Origin: Longimicrobiales bacterium
Lineage (GTDB): Bacteria > Gemmatimonadota > Gemmatimonadetes > Longimicrobiales > Gaopeijiaceae
Length of the DNA stretch: 64,000 nucleotides
Reading direction: 5' to 3'
Assembly (NCBI GenBank): GCA_965204735.1
Contig: OZ242008.1
Span: 2,176,001-2,240,000 of the forward strand
In this document: piece by piece, positions 20,701-26,573 of the stretch
How the letters are laid out: each line of letters starts with the position of its first letter
Position numbering within the stretch: position 1 is the first letter of the stretch
Made by a program: the position numbers and the translations under genes
Notes under the pieces: generated by a model
Databases searched by the model: none
Seen by the model: only the letters and a program-made list of their open reading frames with translations
Told to the model about the DNA's origin: nothing

Positions 20701-22203
20701 GATGCTGATCCCGTCCGCGTCCAAGTCCGCGCGCGTCACCGTGTACCGGAAGAACACGTCGTCCGCGTCCTTCGAGTACCAGCCCGCCGCCCGAACGTTG
20801 TCCCCGATCTCCAGGTTCAGCGTCATGTTGCCCAGGAAGTTCGGCGTCACCACCGCACGGTCGAACTGAACCCGCACGTTGATGTTGTCGCCCGCAGCGT
20901 ACGTCGAGTCCGTGCCCGCGCCGCTCAAGAACGTCACCGCCGATATCCTCGGCACGATCAGCGCGCCGTTCACCTTGTGCGCACCAGCGTTGGTGATCGC
21001 GTTGGCGCCGAGCGACAGCGTCGCGTCCACCGCCGTGCCCGCGTTCCTGATCGTCGCGCCGGACGGGGCCGCCAGCGCGCTCGCGCCGATGCTTATCCCG
21101 TCCGCGTCCGTGTCCGCCGCCACCACCGCGTACTCGAACACCAGCGTGTCCGTGCCCGTCCCGCTCGAGTAGGCCGCCTGCCTGGTCTGCGTGCCGATCC
21201 CCAAAGCCAGCTGCGGCGTCCCCGTCACGTCCACGTTCCCGCTGAACGCCACCGCCACCCGAATCCGCTCCGCCCGACCGTACGTGCTGTCCGCAGCGAC
21301 CGGCGTGCTCGCCACGGCCACCCCGGTCACCGTCCGCCTCGCCGTCCCCCCTTGCACCTTGTGGGCCGCGGGGTTCGCGATCGTGTGGCCGCTCAGGCTC
21401 AGTATCGCGTTCTTCGAGCCGAGCCTGATCGTCCCGCTGTTCAGCGACAACGCGCTCGCGCCGATGCTGAGCCCGTCCGCGTCCACGTCCGACGACGCCA
21501 CCACGTACCGGAACACCAGCGACGCCGTGCCCGTCCCGCTCGCGTAGTTCGCCTGCCGCGTCGCCGCACCGATCCACAGCGCCAGCTGCGGCGTGCCCGT
21601 CACCGCCACCGTCGAGTCGAACGTCACCGTCACCGCAATCGTATCCCCAGCATAGTACGTGCTGTCGACGCCCGCGCTGCTGGATATCGTCACCCCCGTC
21701 ACCTTGGGATACCCCTGGACGCCGTCCACCTTGTGGGCCGCAGCGTTCGTGATCGTCTTGCCCGTCAAGCTCTCGTTGATTCGTGAACCACTGGCGGCAC
21801 CGTCCAGATCGTGAGGACCCATCTGGGTGACGCTGATCCCGTCCGCGTCCGCGTCCGACGTCTGCACAAGGTACCAATACTCTATCCAGCTGAACCCAGT
21901 GCTGTATCCTGGAAGTGGGGTATTTGCGGTGAACGTTCCGGTTCCACCCCTCGCCCGTGCGTACCTGGTTGTCGTCCCGATCGTCATATGCACGGCCGCA
22001 CCGTCGGTTTGGGCAAAGTCCACACCGGCACTGAAGTACGCCCTGATCTTGATGGTGTCGTCCGCCGCGTACGTGTTGTCCGAACCCGACGAGCTGACGA
22101 TCTTCAGACTGTCCACGTTTTGGGCGCTCAGCGGCGCCGGCGCCGCGATCCCGAACGCCGCCAGCAGGCCGAGGGCCGCGAGCGCGGTTCTGGCTGCCGG
22201 CAT
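11767..22203 (-). CDS. Giant autotransporter adhesin (3478 aa): signal peptide, 17 Ig-like repeats of ~130 aa, 5 cadherin repeats, 1 further Ig/cadherin-like domain, helical linker, C-terminal beta-barrel
   Basis: Signal peptide ending LSA-Q. Repeat consensus VTF..V.VTGTPQLAL.IG..RQA.YASGTGT..LVFRYVV..D.DADGISIGASALALNGGTI...HKV.G. Cadherin motifs ATDPD/DVNE/PVF. Barrel motifs WTLWGQ, AYLGLDY, LTSLYPY, GGRYDGGDAETG. Confidence 0.9.
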   Translation of the reverse strand: MPAARTALAALGLLAAFGIAAPAPLSAQNVDSLKIVSSSGSDNTYAADDTIKIRAYFSAGVDFAQTDGAAVHMTIGTTTRYARARGGTGTFTANTPLPGYSTGFSWIEYWYLVQTSDADADGISVTQMGPHDLDGAASGSRINESLTGKTITNAAAHKVDGVQGYPKVTGVTISSSAGVDSTYYAGDTIAVTVTFDSTVAVTGTPQLALWIGAATRQANYASGTGTASLVFRYVVASSDVDADGLSIGASALSLNSGTIRLGSKNAILSLSGHTIANPAAHKVQGGTARRTVTGVAVASTPVAADSTYGRAERIRVAVAFSGNVDVTGTPQLALGIGTQTRQAAYSSGTGTDTLVFEYAVVAADTDADGISIGASALAAPSGATIRNAGTAVDATLSLGANAITNAGAHKVNGALIVPRISAVTFLSGAGTDSTYAAGDNINVRVQFDRAVVTPNFLGNMTLNLEIGDNVRAAGWYSKDADDVFFRYTVTRADLDADGISIPANAFSNFAAPITRVGGTARADLSLGAHAVSNAAAHKVDGLQGVPVVAGAGLASTTGSDSTYGVGQRIEVWVKFSEAVDVTGTPQVALGIGAATRQAGYAGGTGTDSLTFRYTVAATDADADGLSIGASALGLNSGTINKAGATVTAELGLGSHAIANAGAHKVAGDRPVVTGVSISDAVADSTFELSDVVVVTVEFDVAVTVTGTGANRPRVRLGIGSSSRNALYVRGSGTTSLEFEYTVFQTDADTDGISIGASALETPSGGTIRRMGTTTDAVLGLSGHVISNSAAHKVAGNTRTTPVVKGMRITSTPAVGDTYLGGEAIEVEVEFVRSVYVGGTPQLALAVGDSTRQAEYNRRDATFTRVTFRYVVQATDADADGISVGTGALAVSASDTIADSRLWSDAANLALGSHVFTNAAAHKVAGDIPYVTSVFFLSATLGGLSYASTDSVFGLGDPIRVGVGFNTGVTVTGTPSLALGIGAQTRSAPQCGTTGGGVILVFCYTVAAEDADSTGISIGASALTLPGGATIRGTGTTTDARLTLAPWNFADAAAFQVDGTKEVAPGVSGVTISSDAGADSTYGRTEAIEVEVEFERSVAVTGTPQLALEIGSDTVQASYASGSETRTLTFRYVVVAANSDLDGLSIGASALALNGGTIVLAGATANASLGLGSHAIANAALHKVDGSLGPPGVTALSISSPTVGDTFERGETIEVALAFSRSVDVTGTPQLALGIGSATRQAGYASGTGTDTLVFRYVVASGDTDADGLSIGASALALNGGTIKVAGGTLDAVLDLGSNAVANSTGHKVTGTFTTPAVSAVTISSAPAADSTYKLGEQIEVKVAFSRPVAVTGTPRLALTIGTQTRQASYDSASSKVDTLVFAYAVRPVDMDTVGISIGASALALNGGTIADVRPGAPAAALGLGAHAVTSAAAHKVDGSQGPPGVAGLSVAAPPGGTFERGDTVVATVTFNKAVDVTGTPQLALGIGGQTRQAGYASGTGSAALVFRYVVVTADADTDGLSVGASALALNGGTIDVAGGTTDALLSLAHHAISNDGALRVAGGTFTAASVSGVTITSSPAGASTYGLSEEIEVEVTFDRNVTVTGAPQLALTIGSQTRQAAYDSATSVAAGGGVLTFRYTVAAADADTDGISIGASALALNGGTISDARDGSTAASLGLGSHAISNSTGHRVDGTQGPPGVSGVSVASPPIGDTFERGDTVVATVTFNKGVDVTGTPQLALTIGAATKQASYASGTGTASLVFRYVVVQADADADGLSIGATALALNGGMIDVAGGAVDAVLGLGAHAVTNSAGHKVAGGTFTAASVSGVSLTSSPAVGTTYARGEQIEVQVTFNRRVAVTGTPQVALTVGAQTRQADYASGTGTHTLTFRYTVVAADADADGIEVGASALALNSGTLNDARDGTTAAALGLGSHALSAAAGHKVDGTLAGASVTGVAVSSTPESGDTYGLGERIEVQVTFDRAVTVTGAPQLALTVGTTTRQASYVGGSGTATLSFAYRVQGAGSGGSGTGGVDADADGVGVAAAALTLNGATIVNTADGVRPAVLALGSHAIAAAANDKVNGTVEAVPAVMAMAVTSTPGASGLYGPRSVIRVTVTFSRPVEVVGAPQLSIEIGTAVRQASYVSGSGTPAVVFEYVVQPADRDEDGISIAADALTATGGAALRIAGGTTAAALDLSGHEMENLEEHQVNGAGGTDPVFGRAEYEFELTEDVSGPVVVGTVSATDPFGGEVAYSLAAGDEGLFEVDARTGEVRYVGTGEDAESRSEFVMIVRATADDGERTGDATVTVRLVNVNDAPVFTAERYAFAMAENVAGPLALGAVEAVDLDEGDTLTYRLAAGDADRFAVDGATGEVRYVGGGEDYEGAGPKSWELEVTATDLAGSSARALVAVALTNVNEGPAFADSAYAFDLAENERGPLLLGAVRATDPDGGDWLSYALTAGDAERFKVNATSGAVQYVGAGEDAETGPGSWDLEMTATDRGGLAARARVVVTLEDRNEGPVFVESIWEWELAEHVAGPVELGAVEATDVDAGDTLRYSLSGTRAALFDVGESSGAVRYVGAGEDAETGPDGWEFEVVATDRAGLAAVAKVRVVLLDVNEAPAFVDSAYAFELAENVRGPRELGRVEATDPDRGDALTYSLAQGDAGRFQVDGASGQVRYVGGGEDYEDGPPEFALTVRVTDVGGLTAEAAVVVTLLDVNEGPEAVGSLSPPVLEVGGAPWEVGLGEYFRDPDGDALSYVVVSSSPDVAAASVSGAGRLSVAPREIGAAVVTVTATDAGGLTATQQASVTVSASRADRARALKLTLAAFGRSLGTETVDAIGGRLGLESSGSLGRSHVQLGGRSLSCVAFGGGRGSGGVSSGTASAHAGPDEGGAGLGGGVLGGRCGLESLVRNATGLLGLQITHPGAAGSGLGGIPGGTLDLATILFGDGGAGLGAGGGSLGLGGSYQGQREEDALPAERTRGGVAFSPLTGRDLRSRSSFQLSFGGSGGEQDNADTHAGAASRSPGASPAQTASQTGWTLWGQANVGEFEGRPEDDFTMDGRTRSAYLGLDYRFGSGFLMGLAGSRSDMAANYESGINGVGKTKAHLTSLYPYASWSSQGGFGVWGLAGAGRGAANVGETGPTYDADLRMRMGALGVRQQLVGGLALKADAFAVRMTTDASNGHVAAVKADAQRVRLAPELGGQWTSGSIAMRTRIEVGGRYDGGDAETGMGAEAGADLGFVHVGSGLSLDARGRMLLIHQDRNFKEWGAAVALRVQPGREDGGLSFSLEPSWGNASGGAQTLWQGGADVWRSGGVPGLGWPGPAVQRNGVPAAGDQAGHGSPTDQGGPTGHGGPAGPGSPTSNGDGPTHGFPSAYGLGAHQDARGWTPDRLAMEVGYGVALPGGGRIKPFGRWSREGAAGYRLNVGTQWATLGGETAEQQAPGLRLVMDFFGEQVANGVQLPERRVGVVGTITFK

Positions 22204-22274
22204 CAGGGCAGACCTAATAATAAGACCGAGCGCCCGATCCAGGTTGCTGACTGAAGTCGCCCCGGGAAAATCCA

Positions 22275-22300
22275 GGGGGGGGGGGGGGGGGGGGGGGGGG
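22275..22300. repeat. Homopolymer tract, 26 G on + (26 C on the coding strand)
   Basis: Read directly. Lies between ATG 22304 (AGGAG RBS upstream) and the adhesin ATG 22203. Confidence 0.95.
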
Positions 22301-22386
22301 ACATGAACTCTCCTACTTCACCATGAGGTGCGCCGACCAGGGGGTGGCGGGCGGCCAGGGGGGTGGCGGGCGACGGCGACACCGAT

Positions 22387-22489
22387 AAGGTCAAAGGCAC
22401 CCGCGACAAGGTCAAGGCATCCGGCCAAAGAACTGGCGACCCGCCTGGTCGCAACGCCGGGGTGACGACCGCAACGCCGGGGTGACGAC
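22387..22489. promoter_or_regulatory. Direct repeats upstream of the adhesin
   Basis: AAGGTCAA(A)GGCA x2, 21 nt apart (22387, 22408). Perfect 20-nt tandem CGCAACGCCGGGGTGACGAC x2 (22450-22489). Confidence 0.45.
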
Positions 22490-22530
22490 AATATCCCCAT
22501 CGGCCCAACAGCAGCACCGAGATCGCAGGC

Positions 22531-25221
22531 TCACCGCCCGGCCGCCGGAGCTGGACGACCCCCGTAGAACGCCTCCACGTGGCGTCGGGCCTCGGCCCAT
22601 GGTCCCTTGACCAATGGCATGGGCGGCAACGTTTCCCGCATGACCCGGCCGTAGCGCTTCCGGAGGATGCGGTCGTCCAGCAGCACGACCACGCCCCGGT
22701 CGGTGCGGCGGCGGATCAGGCGGCCCACGCCCTGCTTGAGGCGAATCGCGGCGTCGGGGACCATGAACTCCCAGAACGAGTTCTTGCCCCGTTCCTCCAT
22801 TGCCTCGACCCGGGCTTCGGTGACGGGCTCGGTGGGCACGCGGAAGGGCAGCTTCTGGACCACCAGCGCGCGGAGCGGGTCGCCGGGCACGTCCACCCCC
22901 TCCCAAAACGACGCCGTGCCCAGCAGGACGGCCGCCCCCGACTCGGTGAAGCGCTGGAGAAGCGCGGAACGGTCGGCCTCGCCCTGCACCTGGAGCGGCC
23001 AGCGGGCTTCGGCGCCGCGCGCGCGCAACTCCCGCGCCACCCCCCGCAGCGCGGCGTAGGAGGTGAAGAGCGCGAAGAGGCCCCCGCCCGAGCGCTCCGC
23101 CACGTCGTGGACCACGCCGGCGACGGCGCGGTGGTAGGCGTCGCCCGCGTCCCGCTCCCGGCCCGGCGCGGGCAGGCCCGTGGGCACCACCAAGCAGGCC
23201 TGGGACCGGTAGTCGAAGGGCGAGTCGAAGGCGGCTTCGGCAGGGGGCGGGAGAGGGTCGGGCGGTGGCGGGAGAGGGTCGCTGTCCAGCAACGTGGGCG
23301 TCGTCGCGCGCGCCGCCGGGCCGGGGCCGCCGCCGGAGAGGCCCAGGCGGTCCTTCAGGTAGCCGAAGCCGCCGTCGGCGGTCAGGGTCGCCGAGGTGAG
23401 GACGGTGGTCTTCGCGGCGCCGAAGAGGTGCTCGGCCAAGATGGGGCCCGGCTCCACGGGGGCGGTGGCCATCACCAAGTTGCCGACGCGGCCGATCCCG
23501 CCCGAAGCGGCCCGCTCGCCGGAGCCGGGCCCCGGGCCCGCCTGCCGCCGGGGGCGCCGGAGCTCGATCCAGCGCACGATGCGCGGGCCGTCTTCCGGGC
23601 CCGGGAGGAGGCAGCGGCGCAGGGCGGTCTCCGCATGATCCATCCGGTTCGACGAACTTCGCAGGTCGAGCAGGCGGCCTTCCAGCTCGGGGGCCATTTC
23701 CTCCTCCCCCTCCAAGCGGTCGTAGAGCGACTCCAGCTCCCGCCGCACGTCCGCCAGCGACGCGAGCGCCCGGTCCAGGGACTCGGCCACCGCCGAATCG
23801 TCCGTGGGCTCCAACCCGGCGGAAGAGGCGGCCCCGCCGGCGCCCGACCCGCCCGGCGCTCCCAGCCGCAACGGGCCGCGTCCGGCGCGCTCCTCGGCCC
23901 AAGGCTCCATGAAGCCGAAGAACTCGGTGAGGGCCTTCCGCAGCTCCTCGACCTTGCTCCGGGTCCGGCGGAAGCGGGCCGCCAGCGCCTCCGCCTCCTG
24001 GGGGCCGACGGCGGAGCGGGCCGCCGCTTCGATGGAGGGCAGCACGCCCTTTCCCTGCCGGTGGAGACGGGAGACGGCTCGGAAGAGCCCGGCCCGAGTG
24101 GCCTGGGTGCCCAAGCGGTCGGTGGCGGCGTCCTCCAGATGGTGGGCCTCGTCGAAGACGACGCGCCTGTACGGGGGCAGGACCGCCGCGTCGCGGAAGT
24201 TGTCGGTGGCGATCCGGACCGCCAAGTCGGAGAAGAAGAGGGCGTGGTTGACGACCAGCAGGTCGGCGGCGGCGGCCCTGCGGCGCGCTCGCTGGTAGTG
24301 GCAGGCCTGGAAGTAGGGACAGCGGGCGCGCATGCAGGCGTCGGTGTCGCTGCGGACTTCCTCCCAGACGTCGGGGGCGGGCGCGAAGCCCAGGTCGGCC
24401 AGGGAGCCGTCGTCGGTGTTGCGGAGCCACTCCAGGACCGCCGCGATCTCGTCGGAGCGGTCGCTGCGGAAGAGAGTGGCCGCCGACTCCCCCGCCAGGA
24501 ACGCCCGACGGATCGACACGTAGTTGGCCCGGCCCTTCACCAGGGCCCACCTGATCTCTTCGCCCAGCACCTCCTCGGCCAGCGGAATGTCCTTCCGGAC
24601 CAGCTGCTCCTGAAGGTTGATCGTGTTGGTGGAGACCACCGTCCGCTCGTGGTTGCGCACCGCCCACCGCGCCGCCGGCACCAGGTAGGCCATCGACTTG
24701 CCCGTCCCGGTCCCCGCCTCCACCAGCCCGGTCCCGCCCTCGTTGAAGCGCTCCGCCACGAAGCGCAGCATCGCCCGCTGGCCCGCCCGGTCCTCGTAGC
24801 CCGCCATCGAAGCCATCGCCCCGCCGGGGGCCGCGACGCCTTCCAGCTCGTCCACATCCAGCAGCTCGATCCGCTTCGGCGCCGGGGGCTCGACCACCAC
24901 GTACATCCGGTCGGCCCGGTTGCTGACGATGGCGCTGCCCAGCCCCTCGTCGTGAAGGCGGGCGGCCACGTCCAGGTCCGCGTCCGACGGATCGAGGACG
25001 CCCGACGGGTGGTTGTGGATCATCAACCCGCCCTCGGGCGCGTCCCGGGCGACGGCAAGCACCGCGGAGCGGCTCCCCCGGGCGACGGCCCTGGGGTTGA
25101 CGACCACCCGGTCGCGAGTCACCTCGGCCAGGAACGAGACTTCCCGACCGCCGGCCCGGGCCACCTCGTCGCGAACGACCCGCGCGGCCTCCGGAGCCAG
25201 CCGGAGGGGCAAGGCGGTCAC
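22531..25221 (-). CDS. DinG/YoaA-family SF2 helicase with N-terminal JAB/MPN (RadC-like) domain
   Basis: N-terminal E...IHNHPSGVLDPSDAD. Q motif EDRAGQ, Walker A EAGTGTGKS, STNTINLQEQL, DEAHH, TSATL, SPFDY, FWEGVDVPG, KQGVGRLIR. GTG start overlaps the upstream TGA. Confidence 0.93.
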   Translation of the reverse strand: MTALPLRLAPEAARVVRDEVARAGGREVSFLAEVTRDRVVVNPRAVARGSRSAVLAVARDAPEGGLMIHNHPSGVLDPSDADLDVAARLHDEGLGSAIVSNRADRMYVVVEPPAPKRIELLDVDELEGVAAPGGAMASMAGYEDRAGQRAMLRFVAERFNEGGTGLVEAGTGTGKSMAYLVPAARWAVRNHERTVVSTNTINLQEQLVRKDIPLAEEVLGEEIRWALVKGRANYVSIRRAFLAGESAATLFRSDRSDEIAAVLEWLRNTDDGSLADLGFAPAPDVWEEVRSDTDACMRARCPYFQACHYQRARRRAAAADLLVVNHALFFSDLAVRIATDNFRDAAVLPPYRRVVFDEAHHLEDAATDRLGTQATRAGLFRAVSRLHRQGKGVLPSIEAAARSAVGPQEAEALAARFRRTRSKVEELRKALTEFFGFMEPWAEERAGRGPLRLGAPGGSGAGGAASSAGLEPTDDSAVAESLDRALASLADVRRELESLYDRLEGEEEMAPELEGRLLDLRSSSNRMDHAETALRRCLLPGPEDGPRIVRWIELRRPRRQAGPGPGSGERAASGGIGRVGNLVMATAPVEPGPILAEHLFGAAKTTVLTSATLTADGGFGYLKDRLGLSGGGPGPAARATTPTLLDSDPLPPPPDPLPPPAEAAFDSPFDYRSQACLVVPTGLPAPGRERDAGDAYHRAVAGVVHDVAERSGGGLFALFTSYAALRGVARELRARGAEARWPLQVQGEADRSALLQRFTESGAAVLLGTASFWEGVDVPGDPLRALVVQKLPFRVPTEPVTEARVEAMEERGKNSFWEFMVPDAAIRLKQGVGRLIRRRTDRGVVVLLDDRILRKRYGRVMRETLPPMPLVKGPWAEARRHVEAFYGGRPAPAAGR

Positions 25222-26573
25222 GTCTTGAGCTTCTTCTTCTTCGCGGCCGGGAAGAGGACGTTGTTGAGGATCAGCCGGTAGCCGGGCGAGTTGGGGTGGA
25301 GGGCCAGGTCGGTGGGGGCGTCGCCGATCTGATGCTCCGGGTCCTCCGGGTCGTGGCCCCCGTAGTAGGTCCAGGTCCCTTCCCCGGCCACGCCGTGGAT
25401 GTACTTGGCCCACGGCCCTTCCGTCGCCAGCTGGACCACGCCGGGCTTGAGGCGGTCGATGGAGAAGGAGGTGGTGAGCCCGTAGAAGTCGGACAGCACC
25501 GACTCGTGGTTCTGGGTGAGCATCGCCGGCACCGGATCGAACTTCGCGGAGAACTCGAAGAGAGTGAACGCGCCCAGCTCCTTTCGCCACGGCGTGTTGA
25601 CCTGATGGCCGTCGATGTCGGAGAAGGAGTTCACCGAGGGGGCGACTTGGATCTCGGCGTCCCGAAACGCCATGGACAGGCCCCAGTCCACCTTCGCGCC
25701 TGCGTCCGGGTCCGGAGGCGTCCCGTCGGAGTAGGCGGCGGCGATGTCCACCGAGCGCGCCGCCAGCGCCAGCTCGAGCGTCTCGGGCGCCGAGCACATG
25801 GCGAAGAGGAAGCCGCCCTCCTCCACGTACCGCCGGATTCGGCGGCTCACCGCCTTCTTCAGCGCGGGCACGTCGGCGTAGCCCAGGGCCAGCGCCGCCT
25901 CCTCGTTGCGCGCCACTTCCTCTTCCAGCCAGGGCGCGCCCGCGTAGGTGACGTAGAACTTCGAGTACTGCCCCGTGAAGTCCTCGTGGTGCAGGTGGAG
26001 CCACTCGTACTCGCCCAGGTCGTCTCCGAGCACGTCGGCGTCCCAGATGCGGTCGTAGGGGATCTCGGCGTACTCCAGCGCCATCGTCACGGCGTCGTCC
26101 CAGGGAGCGCTGTTGGGCGGCGTGTAGATCGCAATGCGGGTGGCCTTCTCCAGCACGACCGCTTCCATGTTGGAGACCGATATCCTCCCTCGGATGCGGG
26201 CTTCGTCGGCCGCGCCCACCGACTGGACCGTCACTCCCGTCAGGGCCGCCGTCCGCCGCGTGGCCTCCGTGTCGCCGAGCAGGAAGGAGCCGCCCTGGTA
26301 GTTCAGGAGCCACTCGGCCCGCTCCCCCCGCTCCAGCGCCGAGTACGCCAGCCCGTACGCCTTGAGGTGGTTGGCCTGGGTCCGGTCCATGGGGACCAGA
26401 AGCATCTGCCCGGCGCCCGGGGCGGGAAGAACCGCTGGCAAGAGGCAGAGAACTCCGCCTGTCGAGAAGCGCCGCAGGGCGACTAGAAGCGGGCGACGGC
26501 AGGGGGCGTCCGCGCGCTTGTCGCAGGCGCGACCGCTCCTGCGGCGACGGCCCGAATCCGGAGCGGCGCTCAC
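25218..26573 (-). CDS. Conserved secreted hypothetical protein (family often mislabelled 'asparagine synthetase B'), possible class-I GATase-like fold
   Basis: LLVPMD..Q.NHLKAYG, WLLNYQGGSF, PWDDAVT, WLHLHHEDFTGQYSKF, GGFLFAMCSA, YGGHDPED, PNSPGYRLILNNVLFPAAKKK. Confidence 0.8.
   Translation of the reverse strand: MSAAPDSGRRRRSGRACDKRADAPCRRPLLVALRRFSTGGVLCLLPAVLPAPGAGQMLLVPMDRTQANHLKAYGLAYSALERGERAEWLLNYQGGSFLLGDTEATRRTAALTGVTVQSVGAADEARIRGRISVSNMEAVVLEKATRIAIYTPPNSAPWDDAVTMALEYAEIPYDRIWDADVLGDDLGEYEWLHLHHEDFTGQYSKFYVTYAGAPWLEEEVARNEEAALALGYADVPALKKAVSRRIRRYVEEGGFLFAMCSAPETLELALAARSVDIAAAYSDGTPPDPDAGAKVDWGLSMAFRDAEIQVAPSVNSFSDIDGHQVNTPWRKELGAFTLFEFSAKFDPVPAMLTQNHESVLSDFYGLTTSFSIDRLKPGVVQLATEGPWAKYIHGVAGEGTWTYYGGHDPEDPEHQIGDAPTDLALHPNSPGYRLILNNVLFPAAKKKKLKT

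Noticed and set aside
12055..21786. Very long + strand ORFs (1557 and 1675 aa) opposite the adhesin
   Set aside because: Arg/His-rich shadow frames caused by GC3 bias of the real minus-strand gene.
21760..22060. Diversity-generating retroelement target
   Set aside because: No reverse transcriptase or template repeat in the window. Cannot be supported from this sequence.
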